DNA of 64,000 nt, taken from the sequence record NC_042100.1; one strand, 5' to 3'. A program made the translations under genes and the position numbers. Below the pieces are notes generated by a model that was not told the origin of the DNA, did not search any database, and worked only from the letters and a program-made list of their open reading frames with translations. Below, piece by piece: positions 56,801-64,000 of this stretch. Within the stretch, counting starts at the first letter, position 1. The number at the start of each line of letters is the position of its first letter.

Positions 56801-58426
56801 GGTGATGCCTTTACAGGTACCATTAAAACGGATGGTACGTTCGAAGTTGAAGTATGGTTCCCTGAGTACCGTACCCACAAAGTCGACATATCCGCGCCTG
56901 ATAAGACTTACCTAGGGACTTACTCTCTGGTAGTAACCGCAGATAACATCATTGATGAAATGCCTTACTCAGCTAACGTTGCAACCACGGGTCAGCCGGC
57001 AACAATGGCAGTGAAAGTCGTAAACCAAAGTGATGTTGCGGTGGAGGGTACTGAAGTCACTGCTCACTTGGGCGATCCAAGTAATCCGGCGGTGGTGACA
57101 GCGAACACGGACGCCAGAGGCATTGCAACCATGAATGTTCCTGCTCCAGCGGAAACAGGCAAAACAACGGTCTACTTTAAGAACAGTACTTCAGTGCTTG
57201 ACGCAGAGGTGGATTGGAAGCCTGTGGACGATCTGGTTGGTAAAACATTCCAAGATGTCGTAACGTCGTCTCCGGCTGAATACGGTCAACCAGCTACAAT
57301 CAGTGGTAAGCTGTTGGATCAGAACGGGGATGTGTTACCGGGTCGTAACCTTGGTGTTTACCACTTGAATGGAGGTACGTTGTTAGACACTACTGTAGTG
57401 AAGAACGATGGAACAGGGTTTACTCTGGAAGTTGGTCCTTTAACTACAGGAACTCATCAGCTAGTGTTGTTCACGGGTAATGCTGAACGTTATGAAGAAA
57501 TTACATGGAACGTGGAAATCCCTCCTATTGGGAAACTAGAAACGGTCTCGTTCTCTTCAACTAAGGCTCCAAGTGGTCAACCTGCTAAAGTTCACTTCTA
57601 CGTCCTTGCACCTAACTACGGTCGCGTCAAAGACGTTCCAGTAACCGCACGTTGGGGTAATGCTCAAGGTGAAGTTATTGCAACAGAAATGACGAACTCT
57701 GAAGGCTTGGTAAGTTACACCTTACCGGGAACGGACGAGTCTGGTGATCGACTAGGTGTGCATACGGTTTACGTTGAAGTTGGTGGTAAGTCCATCACAG
57801 ATACCGTGGAGTGGGTAGACGACGAGTTGATTGGTCAGTCTATCATTGAGATCGACAACATGCAGAACATCGAATACGGGGAGAAATTCCTAGTTCGCAT
57901 GACGGTCAGAGATCAAAATAACGAACCTATCCGTAACCCGGATTACAGTTTGTTCCAGCCTAAGTCTCGTCAAGAGGTTATTAATCTGGTTCGGATCGAC
58001 TACCCGGGCGATGATGTGGTGTTCCAAGCAACCGCACAATCAAGTTCAGTAACGGAGTTGTATGTCGGTACTGACAATGACTATCGTGTTATCCCGGTTA
58101 ACTGGGATTACGCTAACGACATCATTAAACCAGTAACCGCGGCGATCGACGTTGACGTTCCTGAATATCATCCTGTGGGCGTTGACTCAATAGTGAAAGG
58201 TAAAGTACTCGACACCAATGGTTTAGAGTTCCGACCAACTACTATTCTGAAGCTGAAAGCACGTCGTGTTAGCGATAATTCAGAAACTGAGTTGACGGTC
58301 ATGCCAGATGGTGAATGGGCGTTTGTTGTGAACGAACCTACTGAGTCTGAAGTAGTGTACAAGTTAATGTACGGCAACGTAGAATTAATGGAATACACGG
58401 CTAAGTTCGGTGCTCCTGCAAGCTAA
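47837..58426 (+). CDS. Giant Ig-like (invasin/Big_1-type) repeat protein, putative tail fibre/adhesin, 3529 aa
   Basis: About 11 TDEFG-like motifs and recurring LPYS, GxxxDQxG, QPDGTF and terminal Trp motifs; acidic, beta-rich composition. Confidence 0.8.
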   Translation: MAGIIRGNLLDAEGNEVNPGKPVTLKAVRSDGLPDVTITTNDSGHWSLEVNAEVDSQVDFTFIYNGVDVGAHAVRFIETAEVVTLPYSNFRVKVGNTGVIAFAVKDDQGNGVPYADVTIHRDDENSEPVATVKTDGFGIATYTTPRENSPVNVNYFAKAGGNVNSNYMQWEDGEEEGRFGIGDFKYIEKINAIGRGSVSGTILDAAGEPLWVSDIDIFNKDTLESVTTQGESINVDGFLHTFDPLPEGKHHLVAYTEGQFIEFTVESGTFPNPDIHNVTLPMGNAKFYPGGSWSNIYGQALESDGSKYTPTEFSTIGIEDKDGQVRTVSMYPDGSFIFSIKGEVGETVTEIIKNTAGEEVVTHQGEFIAASELKSLPYSVTTLYTNGTGDVAFALLDAEGKGIPYALIVTWDPNGYGQAVTDEFGIVETSVSKDGTASTVRTGVEFGNKSAAHEVSFSGSSVASEFRNMTFPSVGDTVNAMTISGRIYDQGGNGFKPTRLGVFDKHTLGHTPVDMSSVNGDGTFSFDFGPLEKGKHNLVLGTTGVTLEKTTEWAIGFPPGLRTERLNYSSYPNIYIGDEGLVAYRASLIEDAKLIPVVGIPASLSVRVNGEWKELETKLTDDNGIVEYSLPPEIDGVQLSGYHEVRCVMGPNTESGGITWVNDRDVISEFGYFDYINPVNTGGRLSIELEALNQDGTKVDLTDCGVVVLNSFFYESYLAEITENAKGTYSVSFPTMPDGDHDVVFYSGNAQRKLSLTWGGATANEPAGIQLDPTSPTSAVVDTIVTVSGSIIDSEGNVVRPVEEMELSIRDENATTVKVKVGPSGSFSFEATSDTIKTKTYSILDDGNNLYVHQVEFVSAPVIEFANYTGDKVAKTHNATLAVVVKDADSNGIEGMLVNFTNTYDASVDYGKVVTDEFGVAELVLNYNPDTITAPSVPQDEVTAFINGTDLKDSRTIRWATDTENSAIEIADLVISPQTYVGEPIQVTGKLVGNLNQTNTSIMWLVVFNKSTLGGKMFNGNIQPDGTFDINIGPYDLGANELVFATNSTVIPSTVFVTEAPIVLKGMRTLPYSTSKVKQSGSATLAFAGINSVDKPMVGQSIELRLGSDTGLLLDTKTTDEFGIVEFTVNDNPDTPNSGDLTYFAVSEGITTNAIVEWGVTDPVVEELHGFEATRHVADGEEGVIKLSPLSHMSYTSGSVATDPGGNITPWETKSHVAGAVIRVFDKRTLQEIALTEIDSDLDVYGERFNLYRIPTQTLGDHELVVFGENAVMETTMTWDADTVLVKPTRFNILNNSGNAFIRFNLDQWIDGTAIDGSGDTAVLTGYVEAQISDTQNHPVYITPKGRFVAKLGEGKPAGKHPYDFKVDGVVVDTQEINYYDQLNVTLLPYSTPKPAKGRSATVGVIVKDGDGNVVPDACLTFTPGARNSFEYKVNVKSDFNGMAEVTWNHDESFPEFTMLSGYNGGVTGESLLIRWVESPELTGDRFETLVVPEKVVGDDKAVITGKILDQDGNPYSNGELAVYNKTEMTNTVLTGNIQPDGTFSVELGPYPFKTYELIFATLGNIDRQTTRWGGSGILASIEIDPDSGTRGLLGDTVEIFGSSTDTIGTPFTPDEGVYTLDVVNDKNGDVLPTVIDAQGNWSFNATHEVSETVTYTFKDGETVLATHAVEFFEGAGTLRNFDVPSTVKVGLNEDFTLTGEVYNTMNKLYRPIVDELFTLVLDETTEFQGTIHTDGTFSVKPTNDKVETQSFTFKVGEDTYDTVDVKWCQTVSLAFNADSQPKAVVGDDAYVSIRVVDENGESVTGRVVEFYEGEVTGEPLDTEDVYSETYIGYWPKEATEVGDVVITAKLGGIQDTLTLSWVGSDPKIAAGFGRKTSRTGYVVDTKPASGTTATLRGTVVDQDGTPLVGPQFLKVFDQGSFDLTDYSAQVQADGTFDIELPVQPDGTYNYSLVTEGNVGSIRGISWDVENEDLKTVKLDASVPTQVNVASTHTLQGTILDSAGDTVAPSKSTTVYVNSSEGNTYEFTVTPGGTWSFAYTFSNAGDVLFDFHTYQGKYLGSVTITVEEAAPVFTSIEWVGEQPTEGMVGESVKLTAVTLDQYGNPIDSVSVRPFINGVPQNAFRSPPGGSWSLDYTSTEAGPVLYEFGWEPDVARIGHTVEWKLPVDSIEVMRYSDSNAVPGQTAFVPFAALDSSGKGIAGVPIALHLDSASGTLLTTVTTNEFGIAEFNVPQKGSNANRLIYAKYGDIVKERRQWWANDPLTPATGFANLTVTNPVPEGERALVSVQAVASDGGLRPLSTVGIFDPETLDQVSFNRVTTGESKSHLLDFGHSGTGTKTYILTTDAGHQEFTVTWESKPVVTPNDLVFDADSPESLVVGEWNTLSGKLAVDGVPVTELDHYVKATMTVGGQESYLDLDVSKGTFRVLVKPTAAGTENYDFKLNDVSVVVKSFRHSNNVTLNDVSVLSVTTPQIGDPVVLSTVVKDSEGNPIPKLPVTFKLAGGNTLATLNTDVKGMVTHSVPYQSGTMSSDFEIKVGSVVETVTATWKPTNELIDVAFEGLSTPATVYDGELAKVTGKLINQQNNGTSTTKFEIYHRGLLTHTSHAADVQPDGTFDFNIGPFAVGVNEFYFIINGKRIERSIEYIERTDPELSRVELDEGNPTSGFSGENLTISGKGYDQYGDPIANAQVQWAISGDTQPALTTGPDGSFSTTVTHNTNASITYRFGGNDGIPVANLSIAWTVATSNTMAFVGTSQCKQTQNNEANIELYVKDQDGVGVQDAQIVIRDQGSETPIATLTTNVRGLASYAIPYEAGNDNRTIEATLEQLTETLDITWYPAVTKYATGFTRLYMDNRPASGKSTTVRGQLVDQEGNPITTASTLGIFNTITLENHDYIDQLQPDGTFEFEYGPEVDSNYPISLFTDAGHFDETIIWDLNNADMKRVVFDNNIPRMTKSNGRVSLHGTFVDSDGNPFTPLSNTACTATGDNGDAFTGTIKTDGTFEVEVWFPEYRTHKVDISAPDKTYLGTYSLVVTADNIIDEMPYSANVATTGQPATMAVKVVNQSDVAVEGTEVTAHLGDPSNPAVVTANTDARGIATMNVPAPAETGKTTVYFKNSTSVLDAEVDWKPVDDLVGKTFQDVVTSSPAEYGQPATISGKLLDQNGDVLPGRNLGVYHLNGGTLLDTTVVKNDGTGFTLEVGPLTTGTHQLVLFTGNAERYEEITWNVEIPPIGKLETVSFSSTKAPSGQPAKVHFYVLAPNYGRVKDVPVTARWGNAQGEVIATEMTNSEGLVSYTLPGTDESGDRLGVHTVYVEVGGKSITDTVEWVDDELIGQSIIEIDNMQNIEYGEKFLVRMTVRDQNNEPIRNPDYSLFQPKSRQEVINLVRIDYPGDDVVFQATAQSSSVTELYVGTDNDYRVIPVNWDYANDIIKPVTAAIDVDVPEYHPVGVDSIVKGKVLDTNGLEFRPTTILKLKARRVSDNSETELTVMPDGEWAFVVNEPTESEVVYKLMYGNVELMEYTAKFGAPAS

Positions 58427-58435
58427 TGTAAAGTA

Positions 58436-58468
58436 ATAACTCAGGTGGGTTAGACCCACCTGAGTTAT
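58436..58468 (+). terminator. Intrinsic terminator
   Basis: Perfect 15-bp stem ATAACTCAGGTGGGT-TAG-ACCCACCTGAGTTAT followed by CTTTATTTT. Confidence 0.85.
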
Positions 58469-58573
58469 CTTTATTTTCCACTTATTTAAACCCCACTGAG
58501 AATTTATTGAACGAAACGCGTAACTGGGTTCTCCCTTGGCCCGGTATGTATAACAAGCAAAAGGAAGATACTA

Positions 58574-61500
58574 ATGACGGGTGTTATTAGAGGAAACTTG
58601 TTGAAAGGTGACACGACGGTAAAACCTGATGGACCCGTCAGTCTTACCTTGAAACGAGACGATGGACTTCCAGATACGGAAGTCGTAACTGATGCTGATG
58701 GTAACTGGCAAGTCGAGGTTGAGTCGGCAACGAAAAAGAAAGTCAAATTTAGTTTCTTTGACAAAAGCAAGCCACTTGGTGAGCACGAAGTGGAGTTTGT
58801 CAAGGAATTAGAAATCATTCCTGCATCCGGTCGATTCACTAAAGAAAACCTGAATGGCTTCCACGGTCGATTGATTGATCAAGATCTGAATCCAATCTCT
58901 GATGAGGAAATCACTTACAAACGTAAGTACGACGATGCTGAAAACTGGATCGAAAGCAGCGTCACAACAAACGAACATGGTTACTTCAACGTAATGTGGG
59001 GGATCAACGAACTAGAGCCTAAGAAACTTTACGTTCAAATCTCGTACGGGGATTTGAGTGATGAGTTTACTTACGACTTTTCTGATGGTTCTTTGACCAC
59101 TTATTTTGTTGACCCCGTGGGGCAAGAAGAATTGGCTCCGGGTGAGACCTTGAAAGTAGTCGGGCGTGCATTCCCGAATTACGGTTCAGGTGATGTTAAC
59201 CTCACCGAGGACGCGTTCCTTGGTCACTTTGTGGATAACCCACTTTATTTCGTGGATAACAGTGAATCATTAGAGAGTGGCGGTAAGTTCGCTATTGATG
59301 TGGATGGTGCACACGCCACTTTAATGAGCAACAACGGTAACCTAGAAGTAAAACCACCTGTAGTTCAGGGATTGAAACCACCCGCGATTATGCGATTTGG
59401 TGTGCGCAGTGTGCTTGTCAACAACCCAGATCTACATTACAGTGGAAGTTTCCCACTTACTTGTTCGGTGTACACAGCGGATTACAAAAAGCCGAATGTG
59501 GACTCTGGTGAGTTGGAATTCTACGATTTCAATAACTCCCCGCATTCTTACGGCAGTTACCTGACAGAAGGTAATGATCGTTGGTATTCTGGTGAAGACT
59601 TTGTTAGTATTCGGGAAGGTGGGTATAAACACACAGTACTTTGTCGTGGTCGACCACTAGCCGATAATTACGTCCGCTGTTTTACTGACGGTGACATGCT
59701 TAACTTAGTAGGTGGCACTAGAAACTGGGTCCATGTGGGTAACGAAGTCGTAAACCGTCTTGCGTTGACCGACAACCAAGGAAATCCAAGATCGGGGGTA
59801 ACTGTTTCTTTCTTCAAAGGAGATTCGGAAACAGCGTTCCGTCAAGCAACCACAGATGACCTAGGTTTAGTGGAAATCACGCTCCCTGCGGAGAGTGAAG
59901 TGACTCGCACCTTTATGCGTGCAGAAGCAGGTGGTGTTGAAGCAACATGGTACAATGACTGGGTCCCAGCTACACTAGAGGTTGTAGAGAGTGTTTCTAC
60001 ACCTTTCCTTCCGGTTTATTTTGACCGTGATTTCTTCATGTTTTTAACCACTCCTTTGGGTAAAGATGGTCAGCCATTTAACCCTCAGGACAGTGATGTA
60101 TACGAAGGTCTCACGATTCAGTTATTAGACCGTTGGTACGTTCGTCCTTACCTCAGTAAGCGCGATGGGGCTTGTGAATACCTCCTTCCACTACAAGACG
60201 ATGCCAACCCAATTAAAGGCGGTCGGTTATCAATGACTTGTGACCACTTCCACACAGAAAAAGATGTCGTGGTTGGTAAGCGTGTAGGATTAAATCCACT
60301 GCCTTACGCTCAGGGCACAAGTGTTGCCAATCAAGACCTAACCACTGGGTGGTTGTTGTTGGACGACGCTCTGGAGCCAGTAGAAGGCGGAGTGATTGAT
60401 GTCTGGATCGATGATCGAAGTGGAGTAGCGGATCATAAACTGACTACCGACAAATACGGGATTGTAGAAATCACGGTTCCTTTTAAAGAGGGTGAGTTGG
60501 TACGTAAAGCTTACGCTAAACACGGGACAGATCAATTTGAACTAGAATTGATGTGGACTGAGAAAAACGCAGCTTGTCAAATTACAGTTACTCCTCCTCA
60601 AGGTGACATCGGTGTCGATGAACTCGTCACGTTTGATGTACGTTCGTTAGATCAACACGGTAACGAAGTTAATGAAGAATCCCCAGTTCTCTTTAACATG
60701 TATGGTTTCTCTAACCTCGGTGTTTACGACAAAGTCACACACAAAGTCGAATACCTAGGTTCGGACCGTACTACCGATGTAAACGTACAGACTAACGATA
60801 AAGTTGGTGGGCAAGAGCTGGTGTTCTTCACCGAAGCTGGATTTAAAGCAATTGAATTCAATGCTATTCAGCGTCCGGTGCGCAATACTGATCGCCTAGC
60901 ATACAGTTCGAGTACCGCATTCCCTGACTCTGAAGCCTTAGTTGGTTTCCGTGTTTCTGATGAGAATGGACAAGGTGTTCCGGGTGAAACTGTTGAGATT
61001 CGATACCTAGGTAAAGAAGTCGACAAGTTAGTGGGTAACGCTTGGATTAAGGTCCACGAAGGTGGGTCTGATGAAGTCATCGCGACTTTGACTACGGATG
61101 AATTCGGTATTGTTGAATTCCCTACCGCCATGCCAACGGATACCGGAACTCATAGCTGGAGCGGTACAACGGTAAGTGCGGGACCTAAGGACAGAAAGGG
61201 TAAGACGGACGTCTACGTCCATTGGCGTGACGGGATTATCACTGACCTGAAGAATGTGAAGTCGATCCCGGTTACCGAGTCGGGTGAGAAAACGGTGTTC
61301 TCCGCAGAGTTGTGGGAAAACGTCAGTGCTGACAACCAAGTCATCACCGAAGACAACACGCATGTCTATGTTTACATAAAAGAACTGGGCCGTGTTCTAG
61401 AAAACACGAGCACTTTCTATAAGGGTCATAAAGTTTGTTCAATAGATGAGGTCTTACCGGACGGCACATACCACGCAGTACTCTACGTTCAGAACGCGCA

Positions 61501-64000
61501 ACACGAGGTTACTTTATCGTGGGGTTCTGTGGCAGGTGTTAACCCGACTTCATTGACCTACAACAACTTTGTTCCTAAGAAGTTCCCTATTGGTGCAACT
61601 TACATGTCTTCGGTTAGCCTTAACGATGATGACGGTAAGATCACCGCAATGACCAGAGCGGTTAATGTAGAGGTTTACAACTCTGACAACCAAGTCATGG
61701 GTGAAGGTGTAATCGATGTTGATGGCAACGGTCGTATCCGATGGGTTACTACTTACGGTACTCCGAACCCGACCGAAACGTATGAGTTCCGAGACGGTTC
61801 AAAAGTACTGTTCTCTATGACAGTCGGACTTGTCACGTGGCCTAAGATTAAGATGGCTCCTTACAACCTAACCAACCCAGTGATTGGTCAAACGATTACT
61901 GTTGGGGCGTTTGTTGAAAACGAGGAAGAAACTGAAGCAGTAGACGGCATCTATGTGACAATGGAAGACAACTACGGCAACTTGCTTGCTGAAGGGGAAA
62001 CGGATGAATTCGGTTTCTTTGACGTAAGCTACGACCGTATCGGAGAAGAGTCACATATGTTCGTTCGAGCTAGATGTGGACAAAGCTCTAACTATGACAC
62101 CGCTCCTTGGACTGACACTAGCGCACCTCGTTGGGTGGACTTGCAGCTCACGAACCCACCAACTAGCGTGGATAACGATGGAAGTGTCTTCATGAACGGC
62201 ATGATGCGAGATCAGGATGGTAATCCTGCTGATCGTGTTGCTTACAGCGTTTATGATGTTCGTAACCGTAGTACCATCGGTGGTCGTAGTAAATCAGACG
62301 GTCGCATCGAACCTTTCTTGGACAACATTGCATTGGGTAAAAACCCTGTCGTTGTTACCAGTGCCAACGGGATGGTTAGACATGTAGTCACTTACAAAAA
62401 GATGCCAGCTTCCGCTGATATCGTAAGTGGACACAGTGAAGCCTTGGCCTTTGATGGTAATCCTGAAATCACTTATCAGCTGAAGGATAGTGAAGGGAAC
62501 AACTACGTTCCTAACGAAGGCGAAGTGGTTAACTTACTTACTCAAAGCGGGCGTTACCAGAAGCACGGTAATCCGGTAGGTCCTACAGGACTAGTCACCA
62601 TACCTTGGTTCAACAAAGGTGTAGGACATGAGACTTATATCCTTGCTAACGAAGACATGTCTAAGGCTCTCAACACCACGCCTACTGAACACATCGCGAT
62701 TAAGGAAGTTAGGGTGTTCCACGCCAGTGACTACCCTCAGTCCGGTGACCCGGGTATCATGTTGGTAAACGTTCAAGACTTTAACGATAACCCTATCCCT
62801 AATATCGAGTTCCGTGTGAAAAGCACTACCGATGGCTTCGAGTTAGATGCGGTTTACAAAACTGATCCCAACGGTGTTGGTAAGGTGCTGTTAGCCGGTC
62901 AGTCTGACGGAACAAACATCTCGGTCGAATTGACCTGTGGTAATGCAGTTACAAGTTACTCCATTGGTTGGGAGGATGGAGGTGAGTCTAGTCCCGGAAC
63001 GGTAATTTTAGATGCGTTACCTTCAGAAGCTTCTGAAGACGACGATCTTCCAATCACAGGTAAAGTTGTTGATAGTGAAGGGAATGGGATTAGTGGCGCG
63101 TTCGTTTACTTGTACATAGGGACACCGAATAGTACCTATTACCAAGAGGACTCTGTTAACGCGGATGCCGATGGACGTTTCTCTATCTCTCCTTGGTTGG
63201 AATCAGGAAACAACAGGTTCCTTGTGGTTAACGGGGAAGACTTTGATAGTACCGAAGTGTTGTGTTACTCAACACCAATGGTTACTATGACTAACCTCAC
63301 CATTCGTGATATTCACGAAAATCAGCGTGGTCGTATCTCAGCTCTTTATAAAGACAAGTACGGTAATCCGGTTCAAGGTGAAACCGTTGAGTTCCGATTT
63401 GACAGTGCAAGTGGTGAGTTAATAGATACCAAAACCACTAACGAGAAGGGTCATGCGTGGACTGAAGTTACTTGGGCGCAAGCACAAGGACACAGTGAGA
63501 TTTACGCTGTTTGTAATGGGGCGTCGGACTCTAGCTACATTAACGTTGCAGAAGCGGGTGATGTCACTCCAGTGGTTTCTACTATCGCTTGGCACAACAA
63601 TGTTGGGTTCATCCACCCAGAAATGCCAGCATTGATAATGGGTAAAGTGCTAGACCAACACGGTAACCCGTACTCTAAAGCGGAGGTGAACTATTATCGT
63701 CCTGACATCGGATCAAGGAATATGACTTATACTGACTCAGATGGTAACTTTACCTTAGAGGTCAGTCCGGGTCGTTTCGATCCTACCCGTAAGGATTTGT
63801 TTGGTGTACGTGGTAAGTTTACTGAGATCACCCCTAAGTGGAACATGGGAACCAAGTTCAAGTCTGGAACTATTAAATTTAACAAACCTGATTTTCCTGA
63901 AGGTATTCCATACGACTCAACCATCACCTTATCCGGTGCCGTGAAAGATACTGATGGAAGCATGGCTGAAGTGGGTGACTCTGTAATTAAACTGAAGGCG
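58574..64000 (+). CDS. Second giant Ig-like repeat protein (>1809 aa, 3'-truncated by the window), paralogue of 47837-58426; absent from the ORF track because it has no stop
   Basis: AAGGAAG RBS; MTGVIRGNLL matches MAGIIRGNLL; TDEFG-like repeats; the frame was open at every position checked through to 64000. Confidence 0.8.
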   Translation, partial: MTGVIRGNLLKGDTTVKPDGPVSLTLKRDDGLPDTEVVTDADGNWQVEVESATKKKVKFSFFDKSKPLGEHEVEFVKELEIIPASGRFTKENLNGFHGRLIDQDLNPISDEEITYKRKYDDAENWIESSVTTNEHGYFNVMWGINELEPKKLYVQISYGDLSDEFTYDFSDGSLTTYFVDPVGQEELAPGETLKVVGRAFPNYGSGDVNLTEDAFLGHFVDNPLYFVDNSESLESGGKFAIDVDGAHATLMSNNGNLEVKPPVVQGLKPPAIMRFGVRSVLVNNPDLHYSGSFPLTCSVYTADYKKPNVDSGELEFYDFNNSPHSYGSYLTEGNDRWYSGEDFVSIREGGYKHTVLCRGRPLADNYVRCFTDGDMLNLVGGTRNWVHVGNEVVNRLALTDNQGNPRSGVTVSFFKGDSETAFRQATTDDLGLVEITLPAESEVTRTFMRAEAGGVEATWYNDWVPATLEVVESVSTPFLPVYFDRDFFMFLTTPLGKDGQPFNPQDSDVYEGLTIQLLDRWYVRPYLSKRDGACEYLLPLQDDANPIKGGRLSMTCDHFHTEKDVVVGKRVGLNPLPYAQGTSVANQDLTTGWLLLDDALEPVEGGVIDVWIDDRSGVADHKLTTDKYGIVEITVPFKEGELVRKAYAKHGTDQFELELMWTEKNAACQITVTPPQGDIGVDELVTFDVRSLDQHGNEVNEESPVLFNMYGFSNLGVYDKVTHKVEYLGSDRTTDVNVQTNDKVGGQELVFFTEAGFKAIEFNAIQRPVRNTDRLAYSSSTAFPDSEALVGFRVSDENGQGVPGETVEIRYLGKEVDKLVGNAWIKVHEGGSDEVIATLTTDEFGIVEFPTAMPTDTGTHSWSGTTVSAGPKDRKGKTDVYVHWRDGIITDLKNVKSIPVTESGEKTVFSAELWENVSADNQVITEDNTHVYVYIKELGRVLENTSTFYKGHKVCSIDEVLPDGTYHAVLYVQNAQHEVTLSWGSVAGVNPTSLTYNNFVPKKFPIGATYMSSVSLNDDDGKITAMTRAVNVEVYNSDNQVMGEGVIDVDGNGRIRWVTTYGTPNPTETYEFRDGSKVLFSMTVGLVTWPKIKMAPYNLTNPVIGQTITVGAFVENEEETEAVDGIYVTMEDNYGNLLAEGETDEFGFFDVSYDRIGEESHMFVRARCGQSSNYDTAPWTDTSAPRWVDLQLTNPPTSVDNDGSVFMNGMMRDQDGNPADRVAYSVYDVRNRSTIGGRSKSDGRIEPFLDNIALGKNPVVVTSANGMVRHVVTYKKMPASADIVSGHSEALAFDGNPEITYQLKDSEGNNYVPNEGEVVNLLTQSGRYQKHGNPVGPTGLVTIPWFNKGVGHETYILANEDMSKALNTTPTEHIAIKEVRVFHASDYPQSGDPGIMLVNVQDFNDNPIPNIEFRVKSTTDGFELDAVYKTDPNGVGKVLLAGQSDGTNISVELTCGNAVTSYSIGWEDGGESSPGTVILDALPSEASEDDDLPITGKVVDSEGNGISGAFVYLYIGTPNSTYYQEDSVNADADGRFSISPWLESGNNRFLVVNGEDFDSTEVLCYSTPMVTMTNLTIRDIHENQRGRISALYKDKYGNPVQGETVEFRFDSASGELIDTKTTNEKGHAWTEVTWAQAQGHSEIYAVCNGASDSSYINVAEAGDVTPVVSTIAWHNNVGFIHPEMPALIMGKVLDQHGNPYSKAEVNYYRPDIGSRNMTYTDSDGNFTLEVSPGRFDPTRKDLFGVRGKFTEITPKWNMGTKFKSGTIKFNKPDFPEGIPYDSTITLSGAVKDTDGSMAEVGDSVIKLKA

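Noticed and set aside
365-63963. Many 60-160 aa ORF-track entries antisense to, or nested within, long genes (e.g. 9932-10351, 53606-54082, 35951-36307, 58504-58839)
   Set aside because: They overlap well-supported genes, and I saw no convincing RBS or motif; they are shadow frames.
1-64000. Possible stop-codon reassignment, prompted by the internal TGA at 31338
   Set aside because: TGA ends many genes with ATGA overlaps (26298, 27439, 27918, 32156), TAG and TAA also end genes, and the long genes are uninterrupted under the standard code.
1-64000. CRISPR arrays, tRNA or rRNA genes, IS elements
   Set aside because: No regularly spaced direct repeats, cloverleaf-like intergenic segments or transposase motifs were seen; intergenic gaps are short and explained by promoters and terminators.
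47837-64000. Diversity-generating retroelement or invertible tail-fibre cassette
   Set aside because: No reverse transcriptase, recombinase, near-identical template/variable repeats or flanking inverted repeats were seen in the window.

Overview
This 64-kb window looks like part of a phiKZ-related jumbo phage (Chimalliviridae-like) genome. A Vibrionaceae host is plausible because thyA is of the Vibrio type (inference). Standard genetic code; no tRNA, rRNA or CRISPR array seen. Layout: (1) 1-24.2 kb, virion module: four virion RNA polymerase (vRNAP) fragments, a 2351-aa tape-measure/tail lysin with a GH19-type domain, a baseplate protein, a modular endolysin and the prohead protease. (2) 24.3-36.3 kb, accessory region with a recurring promoter-like motif, about ten membrane-anchored or exported small proteins, an HD hydrolase, ThyA, an HslV/proteasome-like Ntn peptidase, two Cys-His-Asp papain/transglutaminase-like paralogues and a Nudix hydrolase. 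(3) 36.4-64 kb, tail tube, sheath and baseplate genes, then about 21 kb of giant Ig-like repeat proteins (1588 aa, 3529 aa and >1809 aa, the last truncated by the window). Most striking observation: one Ig-like repeat is split in register across the boundary between the baseplate-anchored protein and the next giant protein, and a second giant paralogue starts at the same split point. This suggests a strand-complementation (tag/catcher) docking system for interchangeable giant fibres. All family assignments come from motif recognition and remembered phiKZ/SPN3US gene order; no database search was run.
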